Origin: Gemmatimonadota bacterium
GTDB lineage: Bacteria > Gemmatimonadota > Gemmatimonadetes > Gemmatimonadales > Gemmatimonadaceae
Length of the DNA: 64,000 nucleotides
Assembly: GCA_036676795.1 (NCBI GenBank)
Contig: JAKFCC010000121.1
Coordinates: 28,813-92,812 of the forward strand
Direction: 5' to 3'
In this document: one piece after another, positions 63,952 to 64,000 of the stretch
Numbering within the stretch: the stretch's first letter is position 1
How the letters are laid out: the number at the start of each line of letters is the position of its first letter
Notes under the pieces: generated by a model
What the model saw: the letters and a program-made list of their open reading frames with translations, nothing else
The model's database searches: none
What the model was told of the DNA's origin: nothing
Made by a program: the position numbers and the translations under genes

Positions 63952-64000
63952 CGAGCTTCGGTGTCGGTCATGGGTTATTGGCTGCCATCATTCAACCTCA

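Noticed and set aside
63948-63971. 7-codon mini-ORF (ATG ACC GAC ACC GAA GCT CGA TGA) overlapping the start of Wzi-like paralogue 3 by ATGA
   Set aside because: It is too short to evaluate, has no supporting signal, and lies at the window edge. It could be a leader peptide, but there is no evidence for that.
1-64000. Search for mobile elements, tRNA/rRNA genes, CRISPR arrays, tandem repeats or island boundaries
   Set aside because: No transposase, integrase or recombinase-like translation appears in any frame of the track. No direct-repeat array is present, and the intergenic DNA is too short for structured RNA genes. I cannot compute GC skew or codon statistics here, so horizontal-transfer status is left open rather than claimed.

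Overview
This 64-kb, high-GC, very gene-dense window is filled end to end by surface-glycan (O-antigen / capsule / EPS-type) biosynthesis genes. I call 56 CDS, the first truncated by the window edge. I saw no rRNA, tRNA, CRISPR, transposase, integrase or phage genes.

Layout:
- (A) 2-39999, + strand. A ~40-kb co-directional block with pervasive ATGA/GTGA/TTGA start-stop overlaps, broken only by an AT-rich 141-bp gap at 17434-17574. It holds 10 recognisable glycosyltransferases (GT2/GT4/GT11) plus one orphan candidate, and a complete CMP-nonulosonic-acid pathway (neuB-neuC-neuA). It also holds wecB and a 6-deoxy-L-HexNAc pathway (RmlD-like reductase, CapE/FnlA-like dehydratase, FnlC-like 2-epimerase, WbuB-like GT). 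Further genes are two AsnB-type amidotransferases, three SAM methyltransferases, an SGNH hydrolase, a NodU/CmcH carbamoyltransferase, an MDR-dehydrogenase::Gfo/Idh/MocA fusion and a heparinase II/III-like protein. The block ends with a Wzy_C/O-antigen-ligase-family protein, two GT-C-like polytopic proteins and a Wzz-type protein.
- (B) 40006-45976, - strand. GtrA-like protein, FdtB-like aminotransferase, FdtA-like isomerase, FemAB-like GNAT, NeuD/PglD-type acetyltransferase, methyltransferase and a Wzi-like outer-membrane protein.
- (C) 46090-47733, + strand. A second Wzi-like gene, divergent from the first.
- (D) 47717-51291, - strand. PglE-like aminotransferase, PglD-like acetyltransferase, PglC-like initiating phosphoglycosyltransferase and a GT4.
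- (E) 51512-59214, + strand. UDP-glucuronate 4-epimerase, rmlBACD, Wzy-like polymerase, GT2 and a second Wzz-like protein, ending in a clear hairpin terminator.
- (F) 59274-63951. A GT2 (-), a third AsnB-type gene (+) and a third Wzi-like gene (-).

Most notable:
- Triplicated Wzi-like and AsnB-like paralogues.
- An uncharacterised oxidoreductase-fusion / heparinase-like / carbamoyltransferase modification module.
- An orphan H-P-motif protein after neuBCA that may be a new nonulosonate transferase.
- A carbamoyltransferase whose conserved N-terminus has no canonical start codon.
- No Wzx, Wza, Wzc or ABC exporter anywhere in the 64 kb.

All family assignments rest on motifs I recognise by eye in the supplied translations. 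No database search was run.
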